Shown: positions 10,734 through 21,663, counted from the stretch's first letter. The stretch is 64,000 nucleotides of DNA from Promethearchaeota archaeon (GCA_019058295.1 JAHPZI010000030.1:64001-128000), one strand, 5' to 3'. A program made the numbers and translations. The notes: a model not told the origin generated them from the letters alone.

Positions 10734-11564
10734 TTATTCAAGTATCAATTTCTTAAACTCTTCTATCGAAATATATTTGAATTTCTTAGATATAACCTTG
10801 GAATTAACAAAATAAATCTCATTTTTAATTTTTTTTATAATCATCTCAATCAATTCTACCGCATATTGTAGCTTTTTAAGTTTAATTGGATTAGCTTTTT
10901 GATTATCTGTCATTTCTGGCTTAGAATATCTACCTATATCTTCTCCAAAATCCATACCAATAAGAAATAGATTTTGCTCTGGTAGAAGTAATGATCGTAA
11001 AAAATAGAGAATTCTATCCCCATCTGTGAACCCACCGGCAGTAATTATATTATTCAAAGACTTTGCTTGAGTTGTACCAATAATCTTTTCAAAATTTAAT
11101 ATATCTTCTTTAAATTCTCTAATTTTATCCATATTATCTCCATGAGCATGAACTACAACAAAATCAGAATAATTAAATTCACTTTTAGTAATCCCATCTA
11201 AATCTGTGAAGATTGCATCAATGGGAATACCCTCCTCTTTTAATAATACAGAGGCACCATCAGCAGCTAAATTAACGCAATTATTAAGCAATTTATTACC
11301 TTTTTCTCTCATTAAATTTTTTACAGTGATTTCCAGAGATGGACCGCATCCGTAAATTAATATAGAGGCTCTACTCTGAATAGCATTTTTAAAAGAATTT
11401 AAGGTTGTTCCAAGTTTCCAGTTCTTACCTTTTTTGCTTAGGATTTCTGATAATAAATCACGTGCTTTATAATCTTTTTTCACATCAAATTTGAAATCTT
11501 TAGTGATTTTTTGATACCAATGCTTAAATTCAGAGTAATAGTCAACTTGTTCTTTAAGAGTCAA
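10734..11564 (-). CDS. mptE: 6-hydroxymethyl-7,8-dihydropterin pyrophosphokinase (DUF115)
   Basis: GCGPSL, AADGA, TDLDG, VHAHGDN, GGFTDGDR, GMDFG. Confidence 0.88.
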   Translation of the reverse strand: MTLKEQVDYYSEFKHWYQKITKDFKFDVKKDYKARDLLSEILSKKGKNWKLGTTLNSFKNAIQSRASILIYGCGPSLEITVKNLMREKGNKLLNNCVNLAADGASVLLKEEGIPIDAIFTDLDGITKSEFNYSDFVVVHAHGDNMDKIREFKEDILNFEKIIGTTQAKSLNNIITAGGFTDGDRILYFLRSLLLPEQNLFLIGMDFGEDIGRYSKPEMTDNQKANPIKLKKLQYAVELIEMIIKKIKNEIYFVNSKVISKKFKYISIEEFKKLILE

Positions 11565-11684
11565 TATCTTTTAATAGATTTTGTATTTTGAATTTTAAAA
11601 CAATAAATTTTAATTTCTAATATTATTAAAAAAACATATCATTACTAATTAATAACTTATAAGTTAAAAAAAAATGTGATTTAT

Positions 11685-12095
11685 ATGGGAAAAGAATCAT
11701 ATCTCTGTACAAAAACTCACCAATGGTGGGATCCTGACTCAAAAAAAGTCGGTATAACTGATTTTGCTCAAGAACAACTTGGTGAAATCAGTTTTGTTGA
11801 TGTAGAAGGAATTGATGGAGCATCCTTAAGCCAAGTACAAATGTCTGGTGATGACCCAACAAGCGATCCAATCGATTGTGTTGTTGAATCTAGTAAAGCC
11901 GTTGGTGACATTTACAGCCCTCTATCTGGTTCTGTTACATCTGTAAATTCCAATTTGATGGATGAACCAGAAAAATTAAACGAAGATCCTTATGGGGCGG
12001 GTTGGTTATTTACCCTAGATCCTTCTAATCTTGACGCTGAGAAAGGAAATTTGCTTTCGATGGCTGATTATGAAAGTTGGGTTGCTAGCAAATAA
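11685..12095 (+). CDS. gcvH: glycine cleavage H / lipoyl carrier protein
   Basis: VGITDFAQEQLG, VESSKA (lipoyl Lys), YSPLSG, NEDPYGAGW; ATG at 11685 preferred over GTG at 11676. Confidence 0.9.
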   Translation: MGKESYLCTKTHQWWDPDSKKVGITDFAQEQLGEISFVDVEGIDGASLSQVQMSGDDPTSDPIDCVVESSKAVGDIYSPLSGSVTSVNSNLMDEPEKLNEDPYGAGWLFTLDPSNLDAEKGNLLSMADYESWVASK

Positions 12096-12152
12096 ACTCG
12101 TTAAGGATTATAAAAAATTTTTTCTTTTTTTTATTTTTATATATATATAATA

Positions 12153-13292
12153 ATGCATGATAAATTCACTTTAGGATTAATTGTAAATCCGATTTCTGGA
12201 ATGGGAGGCTCCGTCGGTCTCAAGGGAACAGATGGTAGAGATATTTTGGAAAAAGCCATTAATCTTGGAGCTACCCCCAATGCTCTAAATAGGACAAAAG
12301 AGCTATTAAATGAATTAAAATCAGTAAAATCTAAGCTTAAGTTTATCACTTGCCCCAAATTCATGGGAGAATTAATCCTAAAAAAAATGGATTTTAATTG
12401 TGAAATTATTGAAGACCCAATTTTTAATGATATAAAGGAGATTTATGATTCCACTGCCGAGCATACAACCATTGCTGCAGAGATTATGAAAAGCATTAAA
12501 GATTTAAAACTCATTCTCTTTGTGGGCGGTGATGGAACTGCAAGAGATATCGTAAGTGCTATAGGTAAAGAAAAACCTAGTCTCGGTATTCCTGCGGGTG
12601 TAAAAGTTTACTCTAGCGTTTTTTCCATAAATCCTAGAATGGCATCATCTATTATCATTCAATTCTTATGGGATGAAATTCCTTTAAAGGAATCTGAGGT
12701 TTTAGATATTGATGAGGACGAATATAGAAAAGGAAAATTGGTTTCAAAACTTTATGGACATTTACTTACCCCCTATAATCCAGATTATTTGCAATATTCT
12801 AAGATTGGTTCTCCTCATTCTGATTTAAATAATCAAGAGCGAATTGCTAAAAGAATTGTTGAATCTTTTGAAAAAGACGTTTATTATTTAATAGGACCAG
12901 GAACAACTACAAAAGCTATTACAGATAGATTAAATCAGAAAAAAACTGTTCTAGGAATAGACTTGCTTTTAAATAATAAAATTATAACACAAGATCTTAA
13001 CGAACAGCAAATATTAACTTATATTAAAGACAAAAAGATAAAAATAATTGTATCTTTAATAGGAAGGCAAGGTTTTCTTTTTGGAAGAGGTAATTTACAA
13101 TTTTCACCAATTATTTTAAAAAAAATTGGTCCTCAGAATATAATTATTCTCTCTACTAAGTATAAACTTCAAAATATTCCTAATCAGATTTTAAGATTAG
13201 ACACTCGATCCGCTGAATTGGATGAAAAAATGAGAGGATTTTATAAAGTTCTTGTAGATTACGATGATATAAAAATTTGTAAAGCTGAATGA
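12153..13292 (+). CDS. ATP-NAD kinase-like protein
   Basis: NPISGMGGSVGLKGTDG, GGDGTARD, GIPAGVKVYS, QGFLFGRGN. Confidence 0.85.
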   Translation: MHDKFTLGLIVNPISGMGGSVGLKGTDGRDILEKAINLGATPNALNRTKELLNELKSVKSKLKFITCPKFMGELILKKMDFNCEIIEDPIFNDIKEIYDSTAEHTTIAAEIMKSIKDLKLILFVGGDGTARDIVSAIGKEKPSLGIPAGVKVYSSVFSINPRMASSIIIQFLWDEIPLKESEVLDIDEDEYRKGKLVSKLYGHLLTPYNPDYLQYSKIGSPHSDLNNQERIAKRIVESFEKDVYYLIGPGTTTKAITDRLNQKKTVLGIDLLLNNKIITQDLNEQQILTYIKDKKIKIIVSLIGRQGFLFGRGNLQFSPIILKKIGPQNIIILSTKYKLQNIPNQILRLDTRSAELDEKMRGFYKVLVDYDDIKICKAE

Positions 13293-13327
13293 GTTCTAAT
13301 TTTAATAAAAATAAAAAATTTTAACTA

Positions 13328-13840
13328 TTAGAACGGATCATTCCCAGTTTTAACAGCAATCATATATTGTAAAGCTAAAAAAGTTACGAAGATCATAATT
13401 ACACCAAGAACCAGAATTCTTAAAGCCATTGTCCGATTAAACGAGTGTTTTGAAGCTTGATAAAGCAAGAGGAACCCAGTCGAAGAAAGAAAAATAAGAA
13501 TTGATGCTACTATCCCTTCAATAATGAATGAATCGTGTATACTCGCATAAAGAAAAATTGGTTCTCCTTTACTATCTGCTCCCAGCGCAGGAGGCTTCCT
13601 ATAAATCAAGTATACTATGCCTGTTTGAAGTACAAATAGTATTATATAAATAACGATAATACCCAATGTTTTTGATGGAGTAGGTACAGTTATACCTCGA
13701 TGCTTTAATCTAGGGAAAACAATTTTAGGTCTTCTAAGTTTTTTTCCAAAGATCCATGGCGTGCGCTTTCTGATTTTTTCCGCTATTGTTTCTGACCCGC
13801 TAATGTCTTTCTTTTCCTTTATTCTCTCGAACTTGGACAT
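13328..13840 (-). CDS. OST3/OST6/OSTC-like oligosaccharyltransferase subunit
   Basis: three TMs with TGIVY...PPALG...FIIEGIVAS, resembling OSTC GGIIY...PPSVG...YIMEGLASS as recalled. Confidence 0.7.
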   Translation of the reverse strand: MSKFERIKEKKDISGSETIAEKIRKRTPWIFGKKLRRPKIVFPRLKHRGITVPTPSKTLGIIVIYIILFVLQTGIVYLIYRKPPALGADSKGEPIFLYASIHDSFIIEGIVASILIFLSSTGFLLLYQASKHSFNRTMALRILVLGVIMIFVTFLALQYMIAVKTGNDPF

Positions 13841-13981
13841 CGTTTGATAAAAAAACGTATAAGCGTTTTTGATAAATTATCGCTTAAAATTAATTATTAA
13901 TTTTTTATAAATATTCTAAATAAATAATTGTATTCAAATTAATATATTTTATCAAGTAAACTGAAAAAATCTATGATAAAT

Positions 13982-15484
13982 TTAATTTATATTATCGAGT
14001 AATTTTATTAAGAAGTTCCAAAATTTCTCAACACTTTTAATTCTTAAGCGTTCATCAGGGGAATGTACTCCTTCGATGGTTGGGCCCATAGAAATTGCCT
14101 CCATTTTAGGAAATTTCTCCTTTAATATCCCACATTCTAGTCCCGCATGAATGGCGTGAACTGATGGCTCTTTAGCGAATAATTCTATGAATGTATCTTT
14201 ACAAATTTTCAACAACTTAGAGTCAAAATCGGGTTCCCACCCTGGATAGCTTCCATTATGCTCTACATTTATCCGTCTATCTGCTAAAAAGAATAACGCT
14301 TCCATTTGTTCATAGATTATTACTTTTGAGATTTCATCTAAGCTCCTCTGACTTGTTACTATTTTTAAAAAATCCTCCTGAATATCAATGGACGCTAAAT
14401 TTGTTGAGGTCTGCACCAAATTAGGAATCTTTGGATGCATTGATATTGGTCCATTTGGCATGCCATGCAGAATATAAAGCAACCTTTTCATTAACTTATT
14501 GGGGAGAATTTTTGTGTCCTTAAAACCTTCTACTTTTTCAAATTTAATCTTGATATTCGGTTCAATATTATGAAATCTTAATTTTGTTTCTTCCTTTATT
14601 TGATTAAAAAGATCAATTAATGGTAAATAATCCTCCTCAAGCAAATATAAAATTGCGTAAGCTTCTCTAGGAATTGCATTAGATCTATTACCTCCTTTAA
14701 TGAAATTTATAGCAAATTGAGTTTCTTTATTAAATTTCCACAAGAAATTGACCAGTATCTTGATCGCATTAGCTCGACCTCTATGAATATCAACACCTGA
14801 ATGTCCTCCAAGTAAACCTGTTATAGACAATTTCATTGGTATCGGATTTATTTCCATTTCTATATTTCTATGATTTATTTTAATATCTGCAATCGTCCTA
14901 ATACCTCCAGCGCACCCTATTGTAAAAGAATCATCTTCTTCAGAATCAAGATTTATAAGATATTTACCTTCTAAAAAATCCTTATCAATATTAAAAGCTC
15001 CTACCAGACCAACCTCTTCATCAACCGTGAATAAAAGCTCTAAATCTAACATATCATACGTTAATTCGCCTTTATAGATTTTTTTCATGAGAGTTAAAAT
15101 GTAAGCTATGCCAACCCCATTATCGGCACCTAAAGTTGTTCCTTCAGCAATAAGCCATTTCTCTTTATCTATTTCGATAATTTTTAATTTTAAAGGATCT
15201 TTCGAAAAATCGTGAATAATCCCCTCGTTTTTTTCGCAGACCATATCCATATGGCATTGCAATACTATTTTTAAATTATTCTCTTTTTCAATTTTTGATG
15301 GGATTTTTACAATAAGATTTCCAACTCTATCAATTTTAGTCTCAAATCCCAAATTTTTCGCTTCTTGTTGTATAAACCTTCTTATTTCCCCTTCACTACC
15401 TGAACATCTAGGAATTCTAGAAATTAGATCAAAATATTCCCAAAACTCTGATGGAGATCCTAAATCTATAAGATTTTCTATCAA
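13982..15484 (-). CDS. pepD: aminoacyl-histidine dipeptidase (M20C)
   Basis: LQCHMDMVCEK, GTTLGADNG, DEEVG, NLDSEE, GGHSG.DI..GRANA, HAGLECG, HSPDE. Confidence 0.93.
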   Translation of the reverse strand: MIENLIDLGSPSEFWEYFDLISRIPRCSGSEGEIRRFIQQEAKNLGFETKIDRVGNLIVKIPSKIEKENNLKIVLQCHMDMVCEKNEGIIHDFSKDPLKLKIIEIDKEKWLIAEGTTLGADNGVGIAYILTLMKKIYKGELTYDMLDLELLFTVDEEVGLVGAFNIDKDFLEGKYLINLDSEEDDSFTIGCAGGIRTIADIKINHRNIEMEINPIPMKLSITGLLGGHSGVDIHRGRANAIKILVNFLWKFNKETQFAINFIKGGNRSNAIPREAYAILYLLEEDYLPLIDLFNQIKEETKLRFHNIEPNIKIKFEKVEGFKDTKILPNKLMKRLLYILHGMPNGPISMHPKIPNLVQTSTNLASIDIQEDFLKIVTSQRSLDEISKVIIYEQMEALFFLADRRINVEHNGSYPGWEPDFDSKLLKICKDTFIELFAKEPSVHAIHAGLECGILKEKFPKMEAISMGPTIEGVHSPDERLRIKSVEKFWNFLIKLLDNIN

Positions 15485-15586
15485 AGATATCGCTACCTAT
15501 GAAAATATAAATATGTATCAATTTATATTATTTATAACATAATTTTTAAGAATATTCCTTTTAATTTTAATGAGATTGACAAAAAA

Positions 15587-16717
15587 ATGAGTTCATGGAA
15601 AGACATTTATTCGGAAGTTAAGAAGAGAAAGATGGAGGCGCTAAATAAGGGTGGTGTAGTTAAAGCGGTTGAAGAACATGGAAAGATTCTTGCTGTTGAT
15701 GGGAAATTCGAAAAACCGAAAAAAATTATTCAACATATGTATGCCCATGAAAAGACGATAATAAAACCAAAAGCTATCTTAAAAACTGACTTGGATTCAT
15801 ATGATCTCGTTTTAATTGGGTGCCCTGGAGATGAAATTCCTCCTATCGCTCATTCAAAAATTAAAGATTTTGTGTCAAATGGTGGCTGGTTACTCACAAC
15901 AGATTGGGCAATTCACCATATTATCCAAAATATATTTCCTGGGTTTATTAGTTGGAACGGAATAAAAACAGATGATGCGGTTGTTGCGTGTCAAATTTTA
16001 GAACCAAATCATCCATTTTTAGATGGTGTTTTAGGTGAAATTCAGCAAAAAAAATGGGCTAAGAAAACAAGTGCTAATACTGGAAAAACAGAATTCCGTT
16101 GGTGGCTTGAAACTCGATCTTTTCCTATTCAAATTTTAAAATCTGCCGCTGTTGAGGTATTAATAGCTTCAAATGAGCTTAAACAGAAATGGGGCGAATC
16201 TCCTGTATTAGTATATTTTGATTTTGGAAAAAAAGGGGGCCGAATAATTCACATGATTTCTCATACTCATCTTCAAAAAGGAGGTGCTAAAGGAAAATAC
16301 GCCTCAGCATTAATCATAACAAATATTTTAGATGAAAAGATTTCACAAAAAATGGGTCTTGACAAAAAACCAGCGGAGCGGTATGTTTCAGATTGGGAAA
16401 CTCCACCTCAACAACAATCTCCTTCCCAAACTCCATTGGAAGGACAACGGGTAAGGCCATCTCAAAAAGACGATTATTTAACACCAACGACAGCTGGGAG
16501 TGGGATTGGTTTATCTGGTACCTCTCAAATTATAGAAGCAAACGATAAAAATTTTTCATTTTCTAATAAATGTGTCTTTTGTGGTAAAAAATTTGCCGAC
16601 TTTAGCGAAAAAATTTATCTATGTAAAGAATGCGGAGCTCCTTACCATGAGATTTGCATTAATTTGCAAATTAACCATGGAGTTTGTAAAAAATGCAATA
16701 GAATATTATTATGGTAA
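15587..16717 (+). CDS. hypothetical protein: glutamine amidotransferase-like N-domain, low-complexity linker, C-terminal RING/PHD-like Zn finger
   Basis: DLVLIGCPG...FVSNGGWLLTTDWA; C-terminal CxxC...CxxC...HxxC...CxxC. Confidence 0.55.
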   Translation: MSSWKDIYSEVKKRKMEALNKGGVVKAVEEHGKILAVDGKFEKPKKIIQHMYAHEKTIIKPKAILKTDLDSYDLVLIGCPGDEIPPIAHSKIKDFVSNGGWLLTTDWAIHHIIQNIFPGFISWNGIKTDDAVVACQILEPNHPFLDGVLGEIQQKKWAKKTSANTGKTEFRWWLETRSFPIQILKSAAVEVLIASNELKQKWGESPVLVYFDFGKKGGRIIHMISHTHLQKGGAKGKYASALIITNILDEKISQKMGLDKKPAERYVSDWETPPQQQSPSQTPLEGQRVRPSQKDDYLTPTTAGSGIGLSGTSQIIEANDKNFSFSNKCVFCGKKFADFSEKIYLCKECGAPYHEICINLQINHGVCKKCNRILLW

Positions 16718-16878
16718 ACCAATCCAAATCGATGTTGATTGAAATGGAAGATTTTTTATGAAAAAAGATTTTTACCTCTAAGAAATAAAATTGGACTTTT
16801 TTCTTTCTTTTCCTACGAATAGTTTTATTATATCTTAAATAAGATTAATTATAATAATTTAAAATTTAGGGATATTGA

Positions 16879-18177
16879 ATGGTTAATTTTAACGAAATTT
16901 ATAAAGAAGTAGACAATTTAGATACCGATAAAATTATGGATTTAATGAGAACTTTAATAAATATCGACACGACAGTGCCTCCAGGTAATTCTTATCGAGA
17001 ATATGTGGATATGATTTCCCCCTATTTTATGGAATTAGATTATTCCTTAGAGGAAGTTATTATGCCAGAAGAACTTGTTAAACAAATTCCTTATCCATTG
17101 GAAGGTCCTCGAGTTAATCTTGTAGCAACAAAGGATTTTGGTCAAGAAAAATATGTAACTTTTTACGGCCATATGGATGTTGTTCCTGCCCCCGATGAGG
17201 GTGAGAAAAAATGGCGTTTTCCTCCTTTTGAAGCAACTATGATTAAAAGTGGTAAAATCTATGGTCGAGGAGTGGCAGACATGAAGGGGTCTATGATTTG
17301 TCTAATATTAGCACTTCAAATAATAGAGAAATTAAAACTTACTCCACAGTATAATATTCGAGTTTTGAACTGTACAGATGAAGAAATTGGTAGTTACCCT
17401 GGTGTTCGTTATCTCGAAGAGCAAGGCTACATTAAAGGAACAACATCCGAGGAAAAAAGTATGGTTTTTTGTATGGAAGGTGTAACTAATCCTATAATTC
17501 CAATAGGTATGGCTGGCGATTTGGATATAATTGTTGAAACAATCGGTAGAAGTTGCCACTCCGGTATGAATTTCATGGGTGTAAATGCTTTAGAAGAGAT
17601 GATTCCCATTTTATCAGAACTTATGAAATTAAAAAAAATCGTCGAAGAACGTGAAAGCCAAGATATTCCCGGATTCCCAAGACCAGGGACTGGCGAGAAG
17701 CGAAATATGACTCCTATGTTTAACTTAGATATTATTAGATCTGGCGAAAAGGCTAACATCGTACCAGATTTATGTACACTAACTATAAATCGACGTATTA
17801 TCCCAGAAGAAAATTTTGAAGACGTAAAACAAGAAATTCAAGACGCTATCGAAAGAGGAAAGGAAAAAAGTAAAGCATTAGATGTGAGAACTACTTTTAA
17901 ATACGCTTATCCGCCATTGAAAACAGATCCCAATTCACCCGCTTCAATAAGATTAAAAAAAGTGATTAGTTCTGTTCAAAATGTTCCTGAAGAAAATATT
18001 CCAGTAATTGGTGTTTCAGGAAGTACTGATATGGGTTTTCTAAATGAATATGATGTAATAGTGCCTGGAGTTGCAAATACCGGCTCAAATCCACATGGAG
18101 TTAACGAAACTATTAAATTAAAAGATGTGAAAACTTTCATAAAACAAATTATTGTATTCCTTTGCGCTGATTTATAA
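16879..18177 (+). CDS. M20A ArgE/DapE-family metallopeptidase
   Basis: GHMDVVP, YGRGVADMKG, DEEIG, CHSG, N.HG.NE. Confidence 0.9.
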   Translation: MVNFNEIYKEVDNLDTDKIMDLMRTLINIDTTVPPGNSYREYVDMISPYFMELDYSLEEVIMPEELVKQIPYPLEGPRVNLVATKDFGQEKYVTFYGHMDVVPAPDEGEKKWRFPPFEATMIKSGKIYGRGVADMKGSMICLILALQIIEKLKLTPQYNIRVLNCTDEEIGSYPGVRYLEEQGYIKGTTSEEKSMVFCMEGVTNPIIPIGMAGDLDIIVETIGRSCHSGMNFMGVNALEEMIPILSELMKLKKIVEERESQDIPGFPRPGTGEKRNMTPMFNLDIIRSGEKANIVPDLCTLTINRRIIPEENFEDVKQEIQDAIERGKEKSKALDVRTTFKYAYPPLKTDPNSPASIRLKKVISSVQNVPEENIPVIGVSGSTDMGFLNEYDVIVPGVANTGSNPHGVNETIKLKDVKTFIKQIIVFLCADL

Positions 18178-18238
18178 AAAAAAAATAAAAAAAAATTTGA
18201 GTTTTTTTATTATTTAGCAATTTTTATTGAGACAGAAT

Positions 18239-18436
18239 CTAATTCTCTATTATTTCTATTGCCTCTTCAGGACATTGTGTCTCGCAAGCTCGACAACCTA
18301 CGCAATCGTCACGATTATCCTCAAGAACGTTAACTTTGCCACCTTCTGGCTCGCCAAAACACTCGCTTGGGCACACCTCATAGCAAGTCCCGCAGCCCGT
18401 ACAGGCATCCATATCTATCTTGATATCAAAAGACAT
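18239..18436 (-). CDS. 2[4Fe-4S] ferredoxin
   Basis: two CxxCxxCxxxCP motifs in 65 aa. Confidence 0.92.
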   Translation of the reverse strand: MSFDIKIDMDACTGCGTCYEVCPSECFGEPEGGKVNVLEDNRDDCVGCRACETQCPEEAIEIIEN

Positions 18437-18671
18437 TTTTCATCAAAACTTTTGTGTGTTTTCGATTTATTTTTAATTTTTCAATTAAAATAATTCCTTT
18501 AGTTTAAAAATTGTGTAAAAAATATAAAGTTTTGATTAATAGTAAAAACCACCAATCAACCATCAATAAATGGAATTGAATCTATTTATTCATGGAATGT
18601 TATTAAAACGATAAGAAAGAAAAATTTGATTTTAAAATTAAAAAAAAAATAAAAATTTATATGTTCTTTTA

Positions 18672-18995
18672 TTATTCTTGTGCGGCTTCTTCGGCAGCTA
18701 ATTCTTCCTCAAGTTCTTCGAGAGGAACAGGAGCTGGCGTTGTTAACATTGAATATCCAATCCAAATCGCTATGATACAAATCAGAACTACGAGCAACCA
18801 TAATGGAAGTACAACGAATAAGCGCCACGAGAAGATATCAAATGGTAACATATCGGAGATAATTGGCATTTTAAAACCTCCAGATACACCAATCGCTTCC
18901 ATAAATAAATCTACGATTGAGCCCAGAGTATAAAGAATAGCGATGAGGATGCCCAAAATCATAATTATTAGTCCAATTATTTTATCTTTTGCCAT
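18672..18995 (-). CDS. small two-TM protein, DPM2-like
   Basis: DKIIGL...LYT and LP...IWIGYSML pattern resembling eukaryotic DPM2; acidic tail. Confidence 0.5.
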   Translation of the reverse strand: MAKDKIIGLIIMILGILIAILYTLGSIVDLFMEAIGVSGGFKMPIISDMLPFDIFSWRLFVVLPLWLLVVLICIIAIWIGYSMLTTPAPVPLEELEEELAAEEAAQE

Positions 18996-19222
18996 TTTTA
19001 AAACCTTTCTTATATGTTATTTTTTATTTTTAATCTAAAATTTTTAAATATATAAAGCTATATTAGATATTTTTTTTTAAAAGTTTTTCAAATAAAAACC
19101 ATTTGGTTTTATCTGATTATTTACTTTATTCAAAAATAGGTAAAATATTATGATGATTATTTATTAGTTAATATTGAAAGAAATAAATAAATCTTAACCC
19201 CATGGAATTATAGTGTAGAGAT

Positions 19223-20176
19223 ATGTCCGATAAAAATGGGTATGTCCTCGTTATAGGCTCAAGTAATATGGATCTTAATATCTATTCAGAAAGACTTCCA
19301 AAACCCGGAGAAACTGTGACTGGGGGCATATTTAAACAATTTTTAGGAGGAAAAGGTGCCAATCAAGCTGTAGCGTCAGTGAGAGCAGGGGTTAAAACAA
19401 TATTTATTGGTAAAATTGGAAATGATTTTTTTGGGGATCAAATGCTTTCTCGCTTAACAAAAGAAGGCATTAACACGAGCCATATTATTAAAGATGCTCA
19501 GGAGTCAAGTGGAGTAGCATTTATAATGATAGATGACAATGGAGAAAACATGATTAGTGTAGCTCCAGGAGCAAATGCAATGTTGAATCCGTTGGAAATT
19601 AGAGCTAAATCTGATATTATTAAAAAAGCAAAGGTAATAGTTGTTCAGATGGAGCTTTCAATTGAAACTATTGAAGAAATATATAGAATAGCTTCTCAGG
19701 GGAATGTAATAAAGATTTTAAATCCAGCACCACTAAAACCGATTCCTATTAGTGTTTTGAAAAACATTGATATAATTATTCCTAATGAAGGAGAACTATT
19801 CCGCTTACATTCTCTTTTAGAATTTAAGGAGTTATCAGGCAAACAGAAAGAAAAAATTATCCAAGCTTCAAAAGACATAGCAAGTTTGGGTATAAGAATA
19901 GTTATTACAACATTAGGAAGTAAAGGATGCCTAATTGTTGAAAATGATGAGGTTTTCGAGATTCCTGCGTTTAAAGTCGAGGCAATAGATACAGTAGGAG
20001 CTGGAGATTGTTTTAATGGAGTTTTAGCAAGTAAATTATGTCAGGGTGAAACATTATTAAACGCTGTAAAGTATGCAACCGCTGCGGCTTCAATTGCAGT
20101 GACAAGAAAAGGTGCTCAAGAATCCATGCCATTCATAAATGAAATTGATGAGCAATTTAAGAAATTTAGAAAATGA
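19223..20176 (+). CDS. rbsK: ribokinase
   Basis: GSSNMD, GGKGANQAVA, LNPAP, PNEGE, DTVGAGDCF. Confidence 0.93.
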   Translation: MSDKNGYVLVIGSSNMDLNIYSERLPKPGETVTGGIFKQFLGGKGANQAVASVRAGVKTIFIGKIGNDFFGDQMLSRLTKEGINTSHIIKDAQESSGVAFIMIDDNGENMISVAPGANAMLNPLEIRAKSDIIKKAKVIVVQMELSIETIEEIYRIASQGNVIKILNPAPLKPIPISVLKNIDIIIPNEGELFRLHSLLEFKELSGKQKEKIIQASKDIASLGIRIVITTLGSKGCLIVENDEVFEIPAFKVEAIDTVGAGDCFNGVLASKLCQGETLLNAVKYATAAASIAVTRKGAQESMPFINEIDEQFKKFRK

Positions 20177-20185
20177 CTTGAAAAA

Positions 20186-20872
20186 ATGACAAATGAAATA
20201 GTAAAGGAAATTATTTTCCCAGAAAAAGGAACTTTATTGAGAAGAAATGACTCACAAGAGTTAAAAATAACACTAAATCGGGAGGCCATTAAAAGTATAT
20301 TTATTATTAATGGAACAGCGTTTATTACTAAAAATGCGTCTGAGTCAGATCTTATTATAAAATCGAACCATTATTATATGATAATAAATAAGGGGGAAAA
20401 AGAAATTGAAATAAAATATAGTTATAATATATCTAATCACCAGATTATTTACGATCCATACAGATATTTAGATTTAGAGAGAATAAATTTTAAACCAGAG
20501 GATTTTAAGCAAAGATATGAAATTCCTGATGGATATATAGACATGCTTCCTAAATGGTATAGTTTCAAATTTACCTATCCTAAGTATAATCTAATCTTTG
20601 TTAAACCAGAAATGGGACTTTCAATTCAAACTCATAAAATGAGAAATGAATATTGGGAAATTTTAGAAGGAAATCCTATAATAATTAATAACAATAAAGT
20701 TCATTATTATGTGAAAAAAGGTCAAAAATTTGACATTCCAATTAATACCTATCATTCTATTATTAACCCAAATAAAGATCGGGAACAATTTGTGGTGATT
20801 AAAGAATCTTGGAATGGAAATTTCGATGAGGAAGATATTAAGAGGGTGTTTAATCCAAACGAATACAAATAA
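20186..20872 (+). CDS. cupin protein (type II phosphomannose isomerase C-terminal-like)
   Basis: LSIQTHKMRNEYWEILEG...IPINTYHSIIN...FDEEDIKR. Confidence 0.7.
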   Translation: MTNEIVKEIIFPEKGTLLRRNDSQELKITLNREAIKSIFIINGTAFITKNASESDLIIKSNHYYMIINKGEKEIEIKYSYNISNHQIIYDPYRYLDLERINFKPEDFKQRYEIPDGYIDMLPKWYSFKFTYPKYNLIFVKPEMGLSIQTHKMRNEYWEILEGNPIIINNNKVHYYVKKGQKFDIPINTYHSIINPNKDREQFVVIKESWNGNFDEEDIKRVFNPNEYK

Positions 20873-21113
20873 TTTCTATTTTCCCTTAAGAAAAACAGAC
20901 AAATCTTATGATGAAATTTAAAGTTTTAAGGCGTTATAGAATCTTTTCAAAAAATCTTCTTGCTTGCTTTTAAATTTTGTGTTTTTTTCCACTCTTTTTC
21001 TGCCCTCTTTAATAAAATTAAAATTAAACCTTTTACTTATTAGACTAGTATAATAAATTCTATTGGAAAAATAAATTATAATATATAAATTGAATTAAGA
21101 AACTGGTGGAATA

Positions 21114-21632
21114 ATGGCTCCAGATGAAGAAATGGAAGATGGAGAAGGAGAAAAAACAGAAAAAAAAACAGAAGAGAAAGAAATTACTAAAGAATCTGAC
21201 GACCAATTAGACACTGAGGCTGAACTCGATAGATTAAGATTCCATTATAGAGGTCATACCTTAGACGAGTTAAAGAAAATGAATATGGATCAATTTATCC
21301 AATTATTACCCGCAAGGGCAAGACGCTCCTTAAAACGAGGATTACCGCCAAGACAAAAGAAGCTGTTGGAACGATTAAGAAGAGCTTATAGAGCGAAGAA
21401 AAGGGGTAAAGACTTACTCACCAGAACCCATGTACGCGATATGCTCGTGTTTCCTGAGATGGTAGGTCTTAAAATTGGAGTTTATAACGGGATGAAATTT
21501 GAAGTCGTTGAGGTAAAACCAGAAATGATTGGACACTATTTAGGTGAATTTGCCCTTACTCGAAAAAGAATTCAGCACGGTTCTCCCGGAATTGGGGCCA
21601 CAAGAAGTTCAAAATATGTTCCACTAAAATAA
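21114..21632 (+). CDS. rps19p: 30S ribosomal protein uS19 with acidic N-terminal extension
   Basis: [44 protein letters not shown]. Confidence 0.97.
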   Translation: MAPDEEMEDGEGEKTEKKTEEKEITKESDDQLDTEAELDRLRFHYRGHTLDELKKMNMDQFIQLLPARARRSLKRGLPPRQKKLLERLRRAYRAKKRGKDLLTRTHVRDMLVFPEMVGLKIGVYNGMKFEVVEVKPEMIGHYLGEFALTRKRIQHGSPGIGATRSSKYVPLK

Positions 21633-21663
21633 TCAAAAATAAAGCTAAATGAGATGGTAAAAA

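Noticed and set aside
20873-21113. ATGATGA box-C-like motif and a 24-codon minus-strand ORF upstream of uS19
   Set aside because: No box D (CTGA) at a suitable distance, and the ORF is too short to support; likely promoter or terminator sequence.
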